This document shows positions 1-10,921 of a stretch of DNA of 64,000 nucleotides, piece after piece; position 1 is the stretch's first letter; every line of letters starts with the position of its first letter. Below the pieces are notes generated by a model, which was given only the letters and a program-made list of their open reading frames with translations, was not told the origin of the DNA and did no database searches. This stretch comes from an uncultured virus (IMG/VR IMGVR_UViG_3300028275_000622) (Duplodnaviria; Heunggongvirae; Uroviricota; Caudoviricetes). The stretch lies in the IMG/VR virus record IMGVR_UViG_3300028275_000622, one strand, 5' to 3'. The position numbers and the translations under genes were made by a program.

Positions 1-2
1 CG

Positions 3-410
3 GTTTCTTTTGATGATTCGATAATCCTTATAGAGCCAAAATCAGCCAAGGCTTACATGGAGAGTTTGAAGCCAGGCCCCATTCCTCCAATAATAACGCC
101 TCCGGTGGATCTGGTCGACGATGGTGGTGGGGTAAAAGATCCACTTATAAAAGGCTCGGACCCTTCACTAACAGGAACATCTTTCAAAAGCTTCCGTGGT
201 TCAGTGGATGTGAACGCTCCATTGGCAAAATCAAAGCTGAACACTCTTGCAGAAGAAATTATAGCATTGCTTGTTTCTGACCCGCATGCCAATGCGGGTG
301 TCACTCTGGAGATAGAAGCAGAGTTCCCGGACGGTGTGAAGCAAGACTTAAAGCGGAGCGTTAGTGAGAATGCCAGGAGCTTGAGCTTTAACATTGTGGA
401 GTGGGAGTAG
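3..410 (+). CDS. C-terminal part of a DUF499-family AAA+ ATPase (5' end outside window)
   Basis: Frame is open from base 3. The C-terminus 'FRGSVDVN...LAEEIIALL...VTLEIEAEFPDGV...RSVSENARSLSF...EWE' resembles the conserved tail of DUF499 ATPases from RM/BREX-related loci. Confidence 0.65.
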   Translation, partial: VSFDDSIILIEPKSAKAYMESLKPGPIPPIITPPVDLVDDGGGVKDPLIKGSDPSLTGTSFKSFRGSVDVNAPLAKSKLNTLAEEIIALLVSDPHANAGVTLEIEAEFPDGVKQDLKRSVSENARSLSFNIVEWE

Positions 411-506
411 ATTAGGTTTAATAAAATTATCTTAGTTATTTAAAAGTTGTTTCAGAACATGGGTCTATTGTCTTTAAACGCATATTGTCATTCCTTGGAG
501 TAAGGC

Positions 507-1439
507 ATGAAAAGAATACTTGTAATAATAGCTGTTTTTGGTTTGGTGGGATCTCTAACCGGGACTGCACAAGAGGTAATTAATGCTCCTTCAGGTCTTG
601 AAAAATCTGACAACTCAAATGACAACATGCAAAGAGCGTGGCTATGGCGTGAAGGAACAAAATTTACTGGAACTACATTATTTTTTACTAGCAACAAGAA
701 AATCGAAATAAAGCCATCAAAAGAAAAATTGCATATTTATGCCAAGGAGTATGAAAGCGATTGGTCCAATCCTTCGGCTTTTTTCGGTTTCAAGCGCAAT
801 GCTTCTGCTTCAATTAGCACTGGAAGTCATATGTTTCTGGAAAATCCTGATAATTCTTTAGGAGAAAATTATTCATCTGCTGAATTCAAATTCAGAGATT
901 TGAAGATTAATGGGGCGGAAATGATAGGAACATGTAGTTTCTCAATAAGTTATGGGCTCAAAGGTGACAAAAAATTAAAAGAACTTAAAGAGCAAAACGT
1001 TCCTGTAAAATTTACATCCCACAACCTTCCCACAAAAGATGAAATAACTAAATTCAACCGAAGGGTCGAAGAAAAAATAAAATGGGCAAAAGAACAAAAA
1101 CCTGGGGAGTCAAACTTTACAATATCTGGTTGGTTAGATGAAGAGATAGCTAGTAAAGGGGATACCGACCCTGCAATGGTAGCTGCGCAACATTGGTACT
1201 TTGGAAGAGTATACAACGACTATACTAAATGGACCCCGGCAATAATTCAAAATACCGGTGGATTATTAGGACCAATTGTTTGGGAATATGGTCTTGGACC
1301 AATAACTGATAAACTTGCAATATTCGATGGCCGTCCTATGAGAAAAAGGGTTGATCCTAACACAGGGCTAAATTTTGAAAATCAAATTATAAGATGGGGA
1401 GCTGCAGGAATGATTAGGGACTATTATCGATTGAATTAG
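507..1439 (+). CDS. Hypothetical exported protein
   Basis: 310-aa ORF with GGAG RBS and an N-terminal signal peptide (MKRILVIIAVFGLVGSLTGTAQ). Confidence 0.75.
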   Translation: MKRILVIIAVFGLVGSLTGTAQEVINAPSGLEKSDNSNDNMQRAWLWREGTKFTGTTLFFTSNKKIEIKPSKEKLHIYAKEYESDWSNPSAFFGFKRNASASISTGSHMFLENPDNSLGENYSSAEFKFRDLKINGAEMIGTCSFSISYGLKGDKKLKELKEQNVPVKFTSHNLPTKDEITKFNRRVEEKIKWAKEQKPGESNFTISGWLDEEIASKGDTDPAMVAAQHWYFGRVYNDYTKWTPAIIQNTGGLLGPIVWEYGLGPITDKLAIFDGRPMRKRVDPNTGLNFENQIIRWGAAGMIRDYYRLN

Positions 1440-1457
1440 CTAACTAGTAATTTAAAA

Positions 1458-1497
1458 AAGAACCCAAGCTATCGGCATAAGCCAAGATTGGGTTCTT
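1458..1497. terminator. Inverted repeat / possible terminator downstream of 507..1439
   Basis: AAGAACCCAA ... TTGGGTTCTT stem. Confidence 0.4.
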
Positions 1498-1936
1498 TGA
1501 ACTTAGTTAGCGCTACTTTTGCTAAGGTTTTCAGTCATCTAATTAGCTTGCCATACGCTCCTATCATTTAAAAAACACGAACGCCGGTCTGCTTTAGCGA
1601 CTCAACAAAAGGCATACCATGCTTTCGTATGTTGCCAAGGTAGTAGCGTATGGGTTATCGGCCTTTCTGCGATCGGGGTCAGGTAACCGCTTCTACAAAG
1701 GCTTGACAAGATTGCAAAGCTCTTTGATACCTATGGCGACCTTGATAAATTTATTTACTTATGTTTTTAAAACTATTTGGTAATCAAATTGTATCAGCCA
1801 GCCTGCTTGCTTTTCAGGCTCTCATGAGTGGTGAGCAGCCCAAACGTGATTGCTGACAGGGTTCATTATGGAATGGTATTGTTCCAAGAAATAATCCAAA
1901 GTTAATAAAATAAATTCTAAGATTAATCGTTTTTAT

Positions 1937-4900
1937 TTGTTGATTATGCCCATGATCAAGCCCAATATTTCTGAAAATCAACTAGGCCCTTGCAGGAGCG
2001 AGGAGGACTACCTCCTTCATTCTGCTGCCTTGGAATGGTCCATTTCAGACCCCATTGTGATACAGGGACCTGAAGACATTGCTTCCAGGGTAAACTGGCG
2101 TGACACCTTAGAACCTTTCGATCATCAGGTTCAAAACCTGATTACATTCTGCAAAAGACTTCCAGTAACTCTTCTTGCGGATGATGTGGGACTTGGAAAA
2201 ACCATTAGTGCCGGCCTGATTTTAAGCGAACTCATGTTTCGCAGGAGGGTAAACAAGGCACTGATTCTGTGTCCCAAAATCCTAGGTGCCCAATGGGTTG
2301 AGGAGCTTGATTATAAGTTCAAGATTAAAAGTGTATTTGCAAGTGGCATGAAGGAGTACGAACAAGCCCTTGCGGGTAAACAACCGGTGATAGTCACGAC
2401 ATACAATACTGGTGCCAACGCACTTTTGGGTCTAAAAAAGAATTCCTTCGACATGCTGATTCTGGATGAGGCCCACAAGCTTCGTAACCTTTATGGCACA
2501 CCCAAGACTCCAAAAATGGCTGAATCCGTCCATTTAGCATTAAAAACCCGTCTGTTTCGGTTTGTCCTCATGCTGACAGCAACTCCCATTCAAAACCGCC
2601 TTTGGGACATTTATTCACTGGTGGACCTTCTTACTACAGCCAAGGGGCATAAGAATCCCTTGGGCAATAAAGTTGAATTTCGAAGGAACTTTATTCTTCC
2701 AGGATCCAATGACCGAAAATTTATTCCCGAGATGGAAAAACAATTCCGTCCACTGGTAAGGGACTACATAGTCAGGACACGCAGAGGTGATGCAAAATTA
2801 CAATTCCCGGATCGCGAGGTAACAACTTTCCCAGTAACTTTGAGCGCCGAGGAAAAACGCCTGACAGCCTTAATGGCTGAATACATCAACCATTTTCATG
2901 GACTTTCGCAATCAAGCCTTGCTGAATCGCTCATGAGCAGCCCTGCGGCATTCATTGACCAATTACAGGAAATGGCAAAAAAGGAATACCTGGCCACGGA
3001 ACTTCTCCAGAAAGTTGTTGAAACACTTCCCGATGGTTTTGAATCTGCCAAACAAAAGGGCGTTATCAAGATCTGCAGGGAATTAAGCAGCAAAAAGAAG
3101 GATTGGCGACTTATCATCTTTACCAAAAGAATTGAAACACTAAAAGCCATTGGTAAATCCTTAAATCGCGAGGGTATCGCCTGTGGCTTCATTCGGGGGG
3201 GCCATGCAAATCAAAACCAGAAAACCATCGATAATTTTCGATCAGAGCCTCCCAAGATCCATGTCATTGTTTCCACGGATGCCGGTGCGGAAGGTGTCAA
3301 CCTGCAGGCGGGCAACGTTCTTTTGAACTATGACCTGCCCTGGAACCCCATGGTGGTGGAACAGCGGATCGGAAGAATCCAACGACTGGCATCAACACAT
3401 GCCAAGGTAATCATCCTGAATATGTATTGTGTCAATACCGTTGAGGAAAAAATCGTCGTAAGGCTGATCGAAAAGCTTCAAACCATCTCTCATGCTGTCG
3501 GGGACATTGAATCCATCCTGGAGGCAACCAATTCGGTTGAGGAAGAATCCTTTGAAAAACAGATCCAGGAGATGGTGATCAAATCCCTCAAGGGCCAGGA
3601 TGTTGGAAAAGATGTAAGGGACAAGCTGGCAAGTTTCCAAAGGGCAAAGGAGGCCATCGAATTAGCAAAGGAATTCCTTGAGGATACCCTGGGAACCTCG
3701 GAACCATATCAAGACAACGGCCCCCAAGTTCCCAAGCTTTCCAAAAACAAACCATTCATGCCTTTTGAGGAGTTCAGCATTCGAGCGAAAAAGGCTCAGG
3801 GTATGGATGTCCGGGAAAACAGCCCTGGTGTTTTTTCGTTAACCAAAAAGGGCAAGCAGACGGAAATGATGGTGTTTGATGAAACTTTGTTCCAAGAAAT
3901 GCAGGACAAATCTGTGTTCATGGGCAATGTATCGCTCTATCAGCCTGGCAAAACTGATTTTGAAAGACTTGTCCAGCATTGGGTTGACCGTTGCGGCCAT
4001 TATGTGGTTGATTCGCGGAGCCTAACGGAAACAGATCTTGTCTCGTTGGCAAAGGAGTACTGTTCAAGATTCCCTGGGGTTTCGTACGAAAGCCACAAGG
4101 TGATTTCCCAGGCGGATCATTTCCAGGGGGCCATAGAAGCCATGGCAAAGGCCTCCAACGGTGTGGATGCCTTTGAGAAAGTCATCCGGGAGGATCATGT
4201 ACCGAATGGTCATCCGAAACTATCCAGGTCGGATTTTAGGGAATTGGTCATGGTGGACCGGAAAAACCCAACCAGTATTTTCAAAACCGCAGCATCTTTC
4301 GTAGAAAGCCGAGTGGTTGCAGATAGGGAAATCAATCACTTCTGTGATTTTTATGACAAACGGCTAATCGAAGAGCTTCCATCAACTGCGGGTGATCCCC
4401 AACTGGAAAAGAAAATTCGTGACAATTTTCAGTCCAACATCCTGGCTGAAATCTCCAGCATGAAGGGTTTCCTGTATCATGAAGTTGTTTTAAGTGTTCA
4501 ATTCAGGAAAGATGGACAGGGACCATACAGCTCAATCCTGACCGTGATACCTTTCGCAAGCACCATACTTTCCAAACCTTTTGAAAAAGAATGTGCGGTG
4601 ACCGGACAGCAACTACCTGAAACCTGTTTGGAAAAGTGCTCCATCACCGGGCTTGAAGCTGCAAGCCACCTGCTGGAATCCTCGGCTGAGTCTGGCAGAA
4701 AGGCCATCCCTGAAAAAGTCACAACCTGCCAGGAAAGTAACCATAAAGCCCTTATGGACGAGGTGGAAACATCTGCCAGAAGTGGTGTCACTGCCTTTAA
4801 GAAGTACTTTGTTACCTGTGAAGAAACCAATAATCGGATCCTTTCAAGGGAATCTGCAAGGTCGTCCATATCCAGGAAGTTGGTGGACAAAAGCCTTTTG

Positions 4901-7513
4901 CTGCCCTCGGCAAAGAATCCTGAAAGGTACGGTCTTGCTAGTGAACATTTCACCTGTCAGAAAACCGGTAAGTCCCTTCTGATCGATGAAATCGAAACAT
5001 GCACCAAAAGCTGGTTCAAGGTGGATGGAGATCTCTTGCAAGAATGCAGGGTAACCGGAAAAAGGGTACTCCCAGAATTTCTGACTCCCTGCGAGGTTTC
5101 CGGGGACCTCTGCCTGCCGGAATCGTTGAAAGCTTGCACGGTTTCCAGAAAAAATGTTCGTCCAGACTTACTATTCACATCTGCAGTAAGTGGTTATAGC
5201 GCTTTGCCTGAATACGCAAGCACTTCGGAAGTTTCGGGATTATTGTGCCTGGCAGGCGAGTTATTAACGTGTTCAATAACCGGTAAAAGAGCGCTTCCGG
5301 ATGAGATGGGAACCTGTGCAGTAAGTGGAAAAATCTGCATCCGCAGTGAGCTTGTGCAATGCGCAGTGACCAAGGATTTCATTTTGAAAAGGAAGGCAGA
5401 CAGGTCGGATTACTCGGGATTGATAGCCCGCAAAGACCTCTTCGAGGAATCCGCCAAGCCCCCTCACCGCAAGGGTCTGGACTTTGAATTGGCTACCTGC
5501 CAGGAGACGGGGGCTGTCTTGTTAAAAGATGAGGTTTATCCGTCGGATGTGTCAGGAAAAATTGTTGACCAGGAATTACTCCTCACCTGCCCCATAACGC
5601 AAAAGAAAGCCCTGAAGTCTGAACTGGTTTTCTGTCATGAACGGTGTGAGTACATTCATTCTGATGTGGCCGGTGTATGCGAATACTCCGGAAACACCTT
5701 CTGGAAAAACTTACTCGTGCCCAGCGCCGTTTCAGGAAAGTTGATTCAGAAAAGGACTTCCATCATGTGCGCAATAACGGGCATGCTTGCAATGCCTTCT
5801 GAGACCGGCGTTTGCCAAATTACGGGCAGGAATGTTCTAAATGACCAGCTTGGAACATGCGAGGAAACATCGCAAAAAGTAGGCAGGGATCTGCTTGGTG
5901 TTTGTGAGGTCACCGGCAAAAAAGTCCTTCAAAACTTTTTGGGAACTAGTTACCACAGCAAAAAGTCAGTTCTAAAATCCCTTCTTATCCCATCTGACAA
6001 AAACCCAGAACGGTTTGGGATTCAAGAGGAAATGGTCTCCTGTTCAATCACCGGTAGGGTTCTGTTGGTGGACGAAACCAAAAGATCCGATTACTCCAAC
6101 CGGACAGCGGACCTTGATTGCTTTGAAAAGTCAGAGATCTCGCAAAAGTTTGCATTGGCAGATGAGATCCGGATATGTGAAAACACCGGTCTAAAGCTTA
6201 CACCAGATGAGGTGGGGGTATGCTTCGTCAGCGGAAAAACTGTTGATCTCCGCCTTTTGGCAAGATGCGAAGATTCCGAACAGCTTGCCCTAGAAAAATT
6301 CATGGGCATTTGTGGAATTATCAACAAAAAGGTTTTGAAAACCAAGTTGACCCCCTGTTCACTAACTGGAAGGCAGGGACTTGGGTCTTACATGGTGCAA
6401 TGTGGGCATTCCAACAAGCCAATTTTTCCGGATCAGGCCGTTGAGTGTCAGGTTACTGGAAAGCTTATAGGGAAACAGTTCGCCGGGAATTCAGACTATA
6501 GTGGTCTTTTGGTAGACCTATCTCTTTTAACAAACTCAGAAAAAGCCCCATTTCGCAAGGGAATTGAATCTGAATTTAAACGCTGTAGTATTTCAGGAAA
6601 AAAGTTGCTGTTAGATGAGATTGGAATATCTGACTGGTCCCGGAACTGGGTAGACAAGGCGCTTTTAATCAAATCGTCCGCATCAGGCAAGCTTGCCACC
6701 CGTGAGGAGATGGTGCAATGCCAGGAATCCAAGAACTTTATGCTGCCAGATGAGGTTTTACGGTGTTCAGTTACTGGCAATATTGTTGACAAGAGGCTGC
6801 TGGTTAAGAGTCAACTATCCGGTGAACTGGCTTTGCGAAGACTAACAGGCGTGTGCGAAGTTACCAAAAAACTTGTGTTTCTGAAAGAATTGAGAATATG
6901 TCCTTTCTCAAAACTTAAAGTGGTGCCCTCCGAGTTGGTAACTTGCGCTGAAACAGGCTTGCTTGGCGCACGGGTAAAAATGTTAAAAAGTTCAGTTTCA
7001 GGAAAATATGTTTGCCCACAAAGGGCAATTCGCTCCGCGTCCAGTGACTTGATAGGTATGCGGGCAGAGTGTGTCAAATGTTCCTGGTATTGCAAACCAG
7101 TTTTAAAAACGGAGGCGGGTCGATGCGAACTAACGCACCTCAATACCTCCAAGGAATTCCTAAACAGTCATGGCGAATTGAGGACACTACGCCAATTGCT
7201 AAATGGTATCAATAACCTTTTCCCTAGTGAAAACTGTCTTGATTATTCATCCAAAGGGCTGATCCTGGGAATTTTGAAAAGCATAGAACCCAGTTTCTTC
7301 AAAAATGCAGTGGATGTTAGCGGTTTCAAAGGCCCTGGATCCAGGTATGCGTTGTGTGTTGAACTAAAGCAGTGGCTTGGTCTTGCAACCAAATACGCAG
7401 GATTTTTACTAGATTTAAATCCCCCCCGAATAATAGGAAGTGGGGTGATTGGTACACGAAGCAAAGATAACTTTGAAATTGAACAAAATGTTACTTTTAA
7501 ACCTATCAAATAA
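1937..7513 (+). CDS. SNF2/RapA-family helicase-ATPase with a very long C-terminal 15-aa repeat array
   Basis: Motifs LADDVGLGKT (I), LILDEAHK (II), LTATP (III), STDAGAEGVNLQ, YDLPWNP and EQRIGRIQR (VI). True start may be an ATG a few codons after the TTG. Confidence 0.92.
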   Translation: MLIMPMIKPNISENQLGPCRSEEDYLLHSAALEWSISDPIVIQGPEDIASRVNWRDTLEPFDHQVQNLITFCKRLPVTLLADDVGLGKTISAGLILSELMFRRRVNKALILCPKILGAQWVEELDYKFKIKSVFASGMKEYEQALAGKQPVIVTTYNTGANALLGLKKNSFDMLILDEAHKLRNLYGTPKTPKMAESVHLALKTRLFRFVLMLTATPIQNRLWDIYSLVDLLTTAKGHKNPLGNKVEFRRNFILPGSNDRKFIPEMEKQFRPLVRDYIVRTRRGDAKLQFPDREVTTFPVTLSAEEKRLTALMAEYINHFHGLSQSSLAESLMSSPAAFIDQLQEMAKKEYLATELLQKVVETLPDGFESAKQKGVIKICRELSSKKKDWRLIIFTKRIETLKAIGKSLNREGIACGFIRGGHANQNQKTIDNFRSEPPKIHVIVSTDAGAEGVNLQAGNVLLNYDLPWNPMVVEQRIGRIQRLASTHAKVIILNMYCVNTVEEKIVVRLIEKLQTISHAVGDIESILEATNSVEEESFEKQIQEMVIKSLKGQDVGKDVRDKLASFQRAKEAIELAKEFLEDTLGTSEPYQDNGPQVPKLSKNKPFMPFEEFSIRAKKAQGMDVRENSPGVFSLTKKGKQTEMMVFDETLFQEMQDKSVFMGNVSLYQPGKTDFERLVQHWVDRCGHYVVDSRSLTETDLVSLAKEYCSRFPGVSYESHKVISQADHFQGAIEAMAKASNGVDAFEKVIREDHVPNGHPKLSRSDFRELVMVDRKNPTSIFKTAASFVESRVVADREINHFCDFYDKRLIEELPSTAGDPQLEKKIRDNFQSNILAEISSMKGFLYHEVVLSVQFRKDGQGPYSSILTVIPFASTILSKPFEKECAVTGQQLPETCLEKCSITGLEAASHLLESSAESGRKAIPEKVTTCQESNHKALMDEVETSARSGVTAFKKYFVTCEETNNRILSRESARSSISRKLVDKSLLLPSAKNPERYGLASEHFTCQKTGKSLLIDEIETCTKSWFKVDGDLLQECRVTGKRVLPEFLTPCEVSGDLCLPESLKACTVSRKNVRPDLLFTSAVSGYSALPEYASTSEVSGLLCLAGELLTCSITGKRALPDEMGTCAVSGKICIRSELVQCAVTKDFILKRKADRSDYSGLIARKDLFEESAKPPHRKGLDFELATCQETGAVLLKDEVYPSDVSGKIVDQELLLTCPITQKKALKSELVFCHERCEYIHSDVAGVCEYSGNTFWKNLLVPSAVSGKLIQKRTSIMCAITGMLAMPSETGVCQITGRNVLNDQLGTCEETSQKVGRDLLGVCEVTGKKVLQNFLGTSYHSKKSVLKSLLIPSDKNPERFGIQEEMVSCSITGRVLLVDETKRSDYSNRTADLDCFEKSEISQKFALADEIRICENTGLKLTPDEVGVCFVSGKTVDLRLLARCEDSEQLALEKFMGICGIINKKVLKTKLTPCSLTGRQGLGSYMVQCGHSNKPIFPDQAVECQVTGKLIGKQFAGNSDYSGLLVDLSLLTNSEKAPFRKGIESEFKRCSISGKKLLLDEIGISDWSRNWVDKALLIKSSASGKLATREEMVQCQESKNFMLPDEVLRCSVTGNIVDKRLLVKSQLSGELALRRLTGVCEVTKKLVFLKELRICPFSKLKVVPSELVTCAETGLLGARVKMLKSSVSGKYVCPQRAIRSASSDLIGMRAECVKCSWYCKPVLKTEAGRCELTHLNTSKEFLNSHGELRTLRQLLNGINNLFPSENCLDYSSKGLILGILKSIEPSFFKNAVDVSGFKGPGSRYALCVELKQWLGLATKYAGFLLDLNPPRIIGSGVIGTRSKDNFEIEQNVTFKPIK
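4592..7165 (+). repeat. About 57 tandem 15-aa protein repeats, consensus (C/S)xx(S/T)Gxxhhxxxhxx, with a 16-aa variant every 12th unit
   Basis: Counted directly from the translation (CAVTG... to CELTH...). Variants SAKNPERYG, SAKPPHRKG, SDKNPERFG and SEKAPFRKG fall at units 8, 20, 32 and 44. Confidence 0.92.
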
Positions 7514-7667
7514 ATCGATATCCAATTATTTTTAATCCTTCTGGAAAATATCCAAATTAGGCCTGATAAGCCTGACTGTGGATGCGGTCAAGTATTCCTT
7601 TGCCGGATTAATATATTATCTAAACCTAAATTTAATCAGGTCAAACGGCTGTCCCGCTTGAATTCCC

Positions 7668-8510
7668 ATGCACTACGGCAACAAGTTTAACTTCGGCACA
7701 TACAAGACTCCCAAGGTCAGGATAGGAGACGTGATCACCTGCCTTTTTCGGGACTGTGATGTAATTGTCGTTGGGCTTTCCGCAGGCAGGATCCAGTGGC
7801 CTCTTGGACAAAGACCTGGCAAAGGTGCAAAGACCTTTGTTGTTTACGGCGACCTAGAACGTGCTATTCGCAAGGAGTCTTTGCGATCTGTCTGCTACTG
7901 GTTTGGAGTTACCAGCCAGACTGTCACTCTTTGGAGGGCGGCACTTGGAGTACCGCGTTGTAATGAAGGCACTGTTCGCCTCCTTAGCCAAAACTTTAAA
8001 ACACCATGGGGTCGGGAAATCATTGCAAAAGCCCATGCCAAGTTAAAGGATCCTGAACGTTGCGAGAAAATACGGCTTTCAAAGCTTGGAAAGAAACGGC
8101 CAAGAGAACTCATAGAGAAGCTTCGTCTGCACAACCTCGGAAAAAAGCACACTCTGGAAACCCGCAGGAAACTTTCCATTGCCCAAAAACGCCGGGGGGT
8201 AATTCCTCCAGCGGCAGGTGTGCCATGGACGGAAGCTGAAATGGAGATTCTTTTGAATTACCCTAGGCATGAGGTTGCAATTCTGACGGGACGAACACTT
8301 AAGGCCGTTGATAATGCCAGGGCTGTTGTTTCTAAAAAATATCCTGACAAAGCGTTTAAGATACCTTTGAAGGTTGCTAAGCGCTGGTCTAGTGCGGAAA
8401 TACTACTTTTTCAGAAACACGGGACTGCCTATGTTGCCAGGAAGACCGGGCGTTCCCTTGTTGCTGTTGTGGCCATGCGTGATAAGCTTCGAAGAGAGTC
8501 TAATCGATAA
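7668..8510 (+). CDS. Basic putative DNA-binding protein (HTH plus NUMOD3-like motifs)
   Basis: HTH-like 'VCYWFGVTSQTVTLWR', NUMOD3-like 'HTLETRRKLSIAQK', and two 'W(T/S)xAE...VAxxTGR(T/S)LxAV' repeats. Confidence 0.6.
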   Translation: MHYGNKFNFGTYKTPKVRIGDVITCLFRDCDVIVVGLSAGRIQWPLGQRPGKGAKTFVVYGDLERAIRKESLRSVCYWFGVTSQTVTLWRAALGVPRCNEGTVRLLSQNFKTPWGREIIAKAHAKLKDPERCEKIRLSKLGKKRPRELIEKLRLHNLGKKHTLETRRKLSIAQKRRGVIPPAAGVPWTEAEMEILLNYPRHEVAILTGRTLKAVDNARAVVSKKYPDKAFKIPLKVAKRWSSAEILLFQKHGTAYVARKTGRSLVAVVAMRDKLRRESNR

Positions 8511-9323
8511 ATATTTCATTATCAGGTGCTAGTATCATGGAAGTTCTATTCAATAGAACCAGCTCTTTACTGCGGGTACAGCCAAGGCCCTACTAAACGT
8601 TTTTCCTTATTTATGAGAAAACCTATTAAAATTGCTTCCCAAGGGAAATCTAATGCTATAATTAGAATTGGTAAGGGCAGAATTTGAATATTAATAGGCA
8701 TGAACCCTTTTCTTAGGGTAGGAAGGATGGTGGACTCGGTTGAGTCATTTGAGATTTTGTTGCAACCTACGATGACTTTAGGGGATTGCTGAGATGAAAA
8801 GAATCCTGTCTAAGCATCTCGGGCTCTTGCCTTAGAAACGGCTTAAATAGTTTCTACATTATGTGTTGGTTTCTAAATCCTTATCAAAAGTAATATTAAG
8901 GATTTGGATTTATAGAAGAATGGTTTGTTTGCATGATTTAGTTAGTATTCGTTGTCGGACTAACCCTGTGATAGGGCTCCTACGAAATAACTACATACAT
9001 AAACGAATTACATTCTAACAAGTACCTTGAGTTCCAATTTCAAAGTACTTTTATGGGCGCGGCATACGTTAGGTATTTGTTTACTAAACAACCCACCAAC
9101 AATTGTTCTGTAGGTGGATAATATTCTTGGCATAAAAGAATCAAACTTCCAAGAACGTTTGGCTGTTTGCATCTCTTCTAACCAAGAAAGTGGCTTTGCC
9201 ATTAGCCTTTAAAAACTAAAGAGTCGAAGGCTTAAATACAGGCAAATCCTGTTTAGTATTGGGGAGATTTTTAACAATAACCTGCCCTGAAGGGCAATTT
9301 ATTTGAAGAAAGGATTTGTTGTT

Positions 9324-9659
9324 ATGAAGAATTCAAGTTTGGTTCGTGATGTGTATGGCAATCCGCCATCCTTTTTCAAAGCGGCATGCATTGAAGCATC
9401 AAAAGGTGGGATTGGTAGCTATTATAACGTTGGCTGTTTGTTTGCAAAATCCATTCATCAATTAGCACCTTACACATTGAACATCGAAGAATGGGACCAG
9501 GAGATTGACATTCTTAAAAAAAATGTGCTATCCAAAAGGGACGACGAAGTTTTGCATTGGCTAAATCAAGTTTATCCAAAGCTAATGAAGCTGGTTCCCA
9601 GCAAGCGGCGTACACAATTCTTGGATGGGTTTTGCTATGGCATCGATAATTATTGCTAG
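9324..9659 (+). CDS. Hypothetical protein
   Basis: ORF with an in-frame ATG at 9324 downstream of an AGGA-containing RBS-like sequence. Confidence 0.6.
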   Translation: MKNSSLVRDVYGNPPSFFKAACIEASKGGIGSYYNVGCLFAKSIHQLAPYTLNIEEWDQEIDILKKNVLSKRDDEVLHWLNQVYPKLMKLVPSKRRTQFLDGFCYGIDNYC

Positions 9660-9990
9660 GCAAACTTACTCGCGAATTGTACTTGAATAAATATTAGAGG
9701 GCTTGTTAGTTTAATTTGCGTCAACTTAAGTAGTTTTCATTGCCTTGGAAAGTATTCCCTGGCAATGAAAACTCTTGCTCTTAGTAAGATTTATCACGAA
9801 CCAAATATCTTCAAACCATTACAAATTACTGTTAAAAGGTTGCCAAAAACTTGGAGAACAGCCATGGTCCTAGAAATTAGCGCCAGGTGGAAGTTAAGGA
9901 TTTTGGAAGAAAAGGGGGCCAAGGGGATGAAGAAAAAGTGTTCAGTGCTGAGAAGAAGGTTAAACTGCCCCTAGTTTTGTCTACTAGAAG

Positions 9991-10176
9991 TTAAGAGGGT
10001 ATTGGGTAGGTAAAGTTTGCTGTTTTGCCGTTGTTGATAATTGTGTTTTTGTTGGAAGTCCAAAGAAATTCATGTTCAACAGGTGACAGGCAACCTAGTG
10101 CGGAATGAATACATTTTAGGTTGTAAAAGCACTCGATGAATTCAAAGATTTCCAGGATGGCTTGTTCAACGTCCAA
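9991..10176 (-). pseudogene. IS3-family transposase C-terminal remnant
   Basis: 'AILEIFEFIECFYNLKCIHSALGCLSPVEHE' matches the IS3 OrfB end (IFEYIExFYNxxRxHSxLGYxSP). The rest of the transposase is absent. Confidence 0.8.
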
Positions 10177-10179
10177 ATT

Positions 10180-10791
10180 CTACCAAGGCACAGGAGCTTT
10201 GTTTGACTTGATGCCTTCAATATCTTTGAGTACCTTTTCGAACTCTTCAACCAGTCCAGGAAATTCAAAATCTTTATGGTCCCACATATCTTTGGTAATA
10301 TCGTAATCAAGTGAAAATGTATTTCCCTCAAGGTCATTTGACTCATATTTGATAACGAAACCCTCACTTGGCTTTTGGACTTTCAGGTCTTTTGCACGCT
10401 CCTTGATTCGCTTGGCATATTTGACGAATTCGGTCACGGAATCAACATCTAGCACAAACGCAAAGCTCTTCAAACCCCCCATATTTCCTTGAATGCGAAC
10501 TGTATATTCAGCTATGTTGTTTGAATAGCTAAAACGCCTTCCCCATATAGAATACCGGCTTTTTTGTGCCACTTTTTCAGCTAATATATTAATAGTTTGT
10601 GTGTGTTCTCTAAACCGTTCGGGGCCAAATTCGATAAACATGAACGCTTGAGTGTTCGGCGTTTTGGATTTATTTTGAGCGTTGGCTGCGGGCACAAGCA
10701 GTGCTGCCCTAGGCCACCAAAACGCACATGCCAGCAATGCTCCAGCCGCGATAACCCCGCCAATTAGCAAGGGTGACAAATTGATTTTCAT
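10180..10791 (-). CDS. Hypothetical membrane-anchored or exported protein
   Basis: Likely start MKINLSPLL with AAGGAG RBS, followed by a hydrophobic N-terminus. Confidence 0.7.
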   Translation of the reverse strand: MKINLSPLLIGGVIAAGALLACAFWWPRAALLVPAANAQNKSKTPNTQAFMFIEFGPERFREHTQTINILAEKVAQKSRYSIWGRRFSYSNNIAEYTVRIQGNMGGLKSFAFVLDVDSVTEFVKYAKRIKERAKDLKVQKPSEGFVIKYESNDLEGNTFSLDYDITKDMWDHKDFEFPGLVEEFEKVLKDIEGIKSNKAPVPW

Positions 10792-10804
10792 AACCGTCTC
10801 CTTT

Positions 10805-10908
10805 GGCGAACGTGTAAAATAAGTGGCTCGGTTGGCCGTGTGAAAGCTTTGAATCTCAGAAAAAATTACCATCGTCCAACTGTTTGGCTGAGGTGATCTT
10901 TTTCTGCC
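10805..10908 (-). other. Possible degenerate integron attC site
   Basis: Lies between two co-oriented genes, ends in GTTCGCC just before the next RBS, and has an internal GTTGG/CCAAC inverted repeat. The R'' end is degenerate. Confidence 0.35.
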
Positions 10909-10921
10909 ATCATTAGGGTTA

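Noticed and set aside
1560..1760. Possible degenerate HTH gene (LDKIAKLF)
   Set aside because: Too short and interrupted to support.
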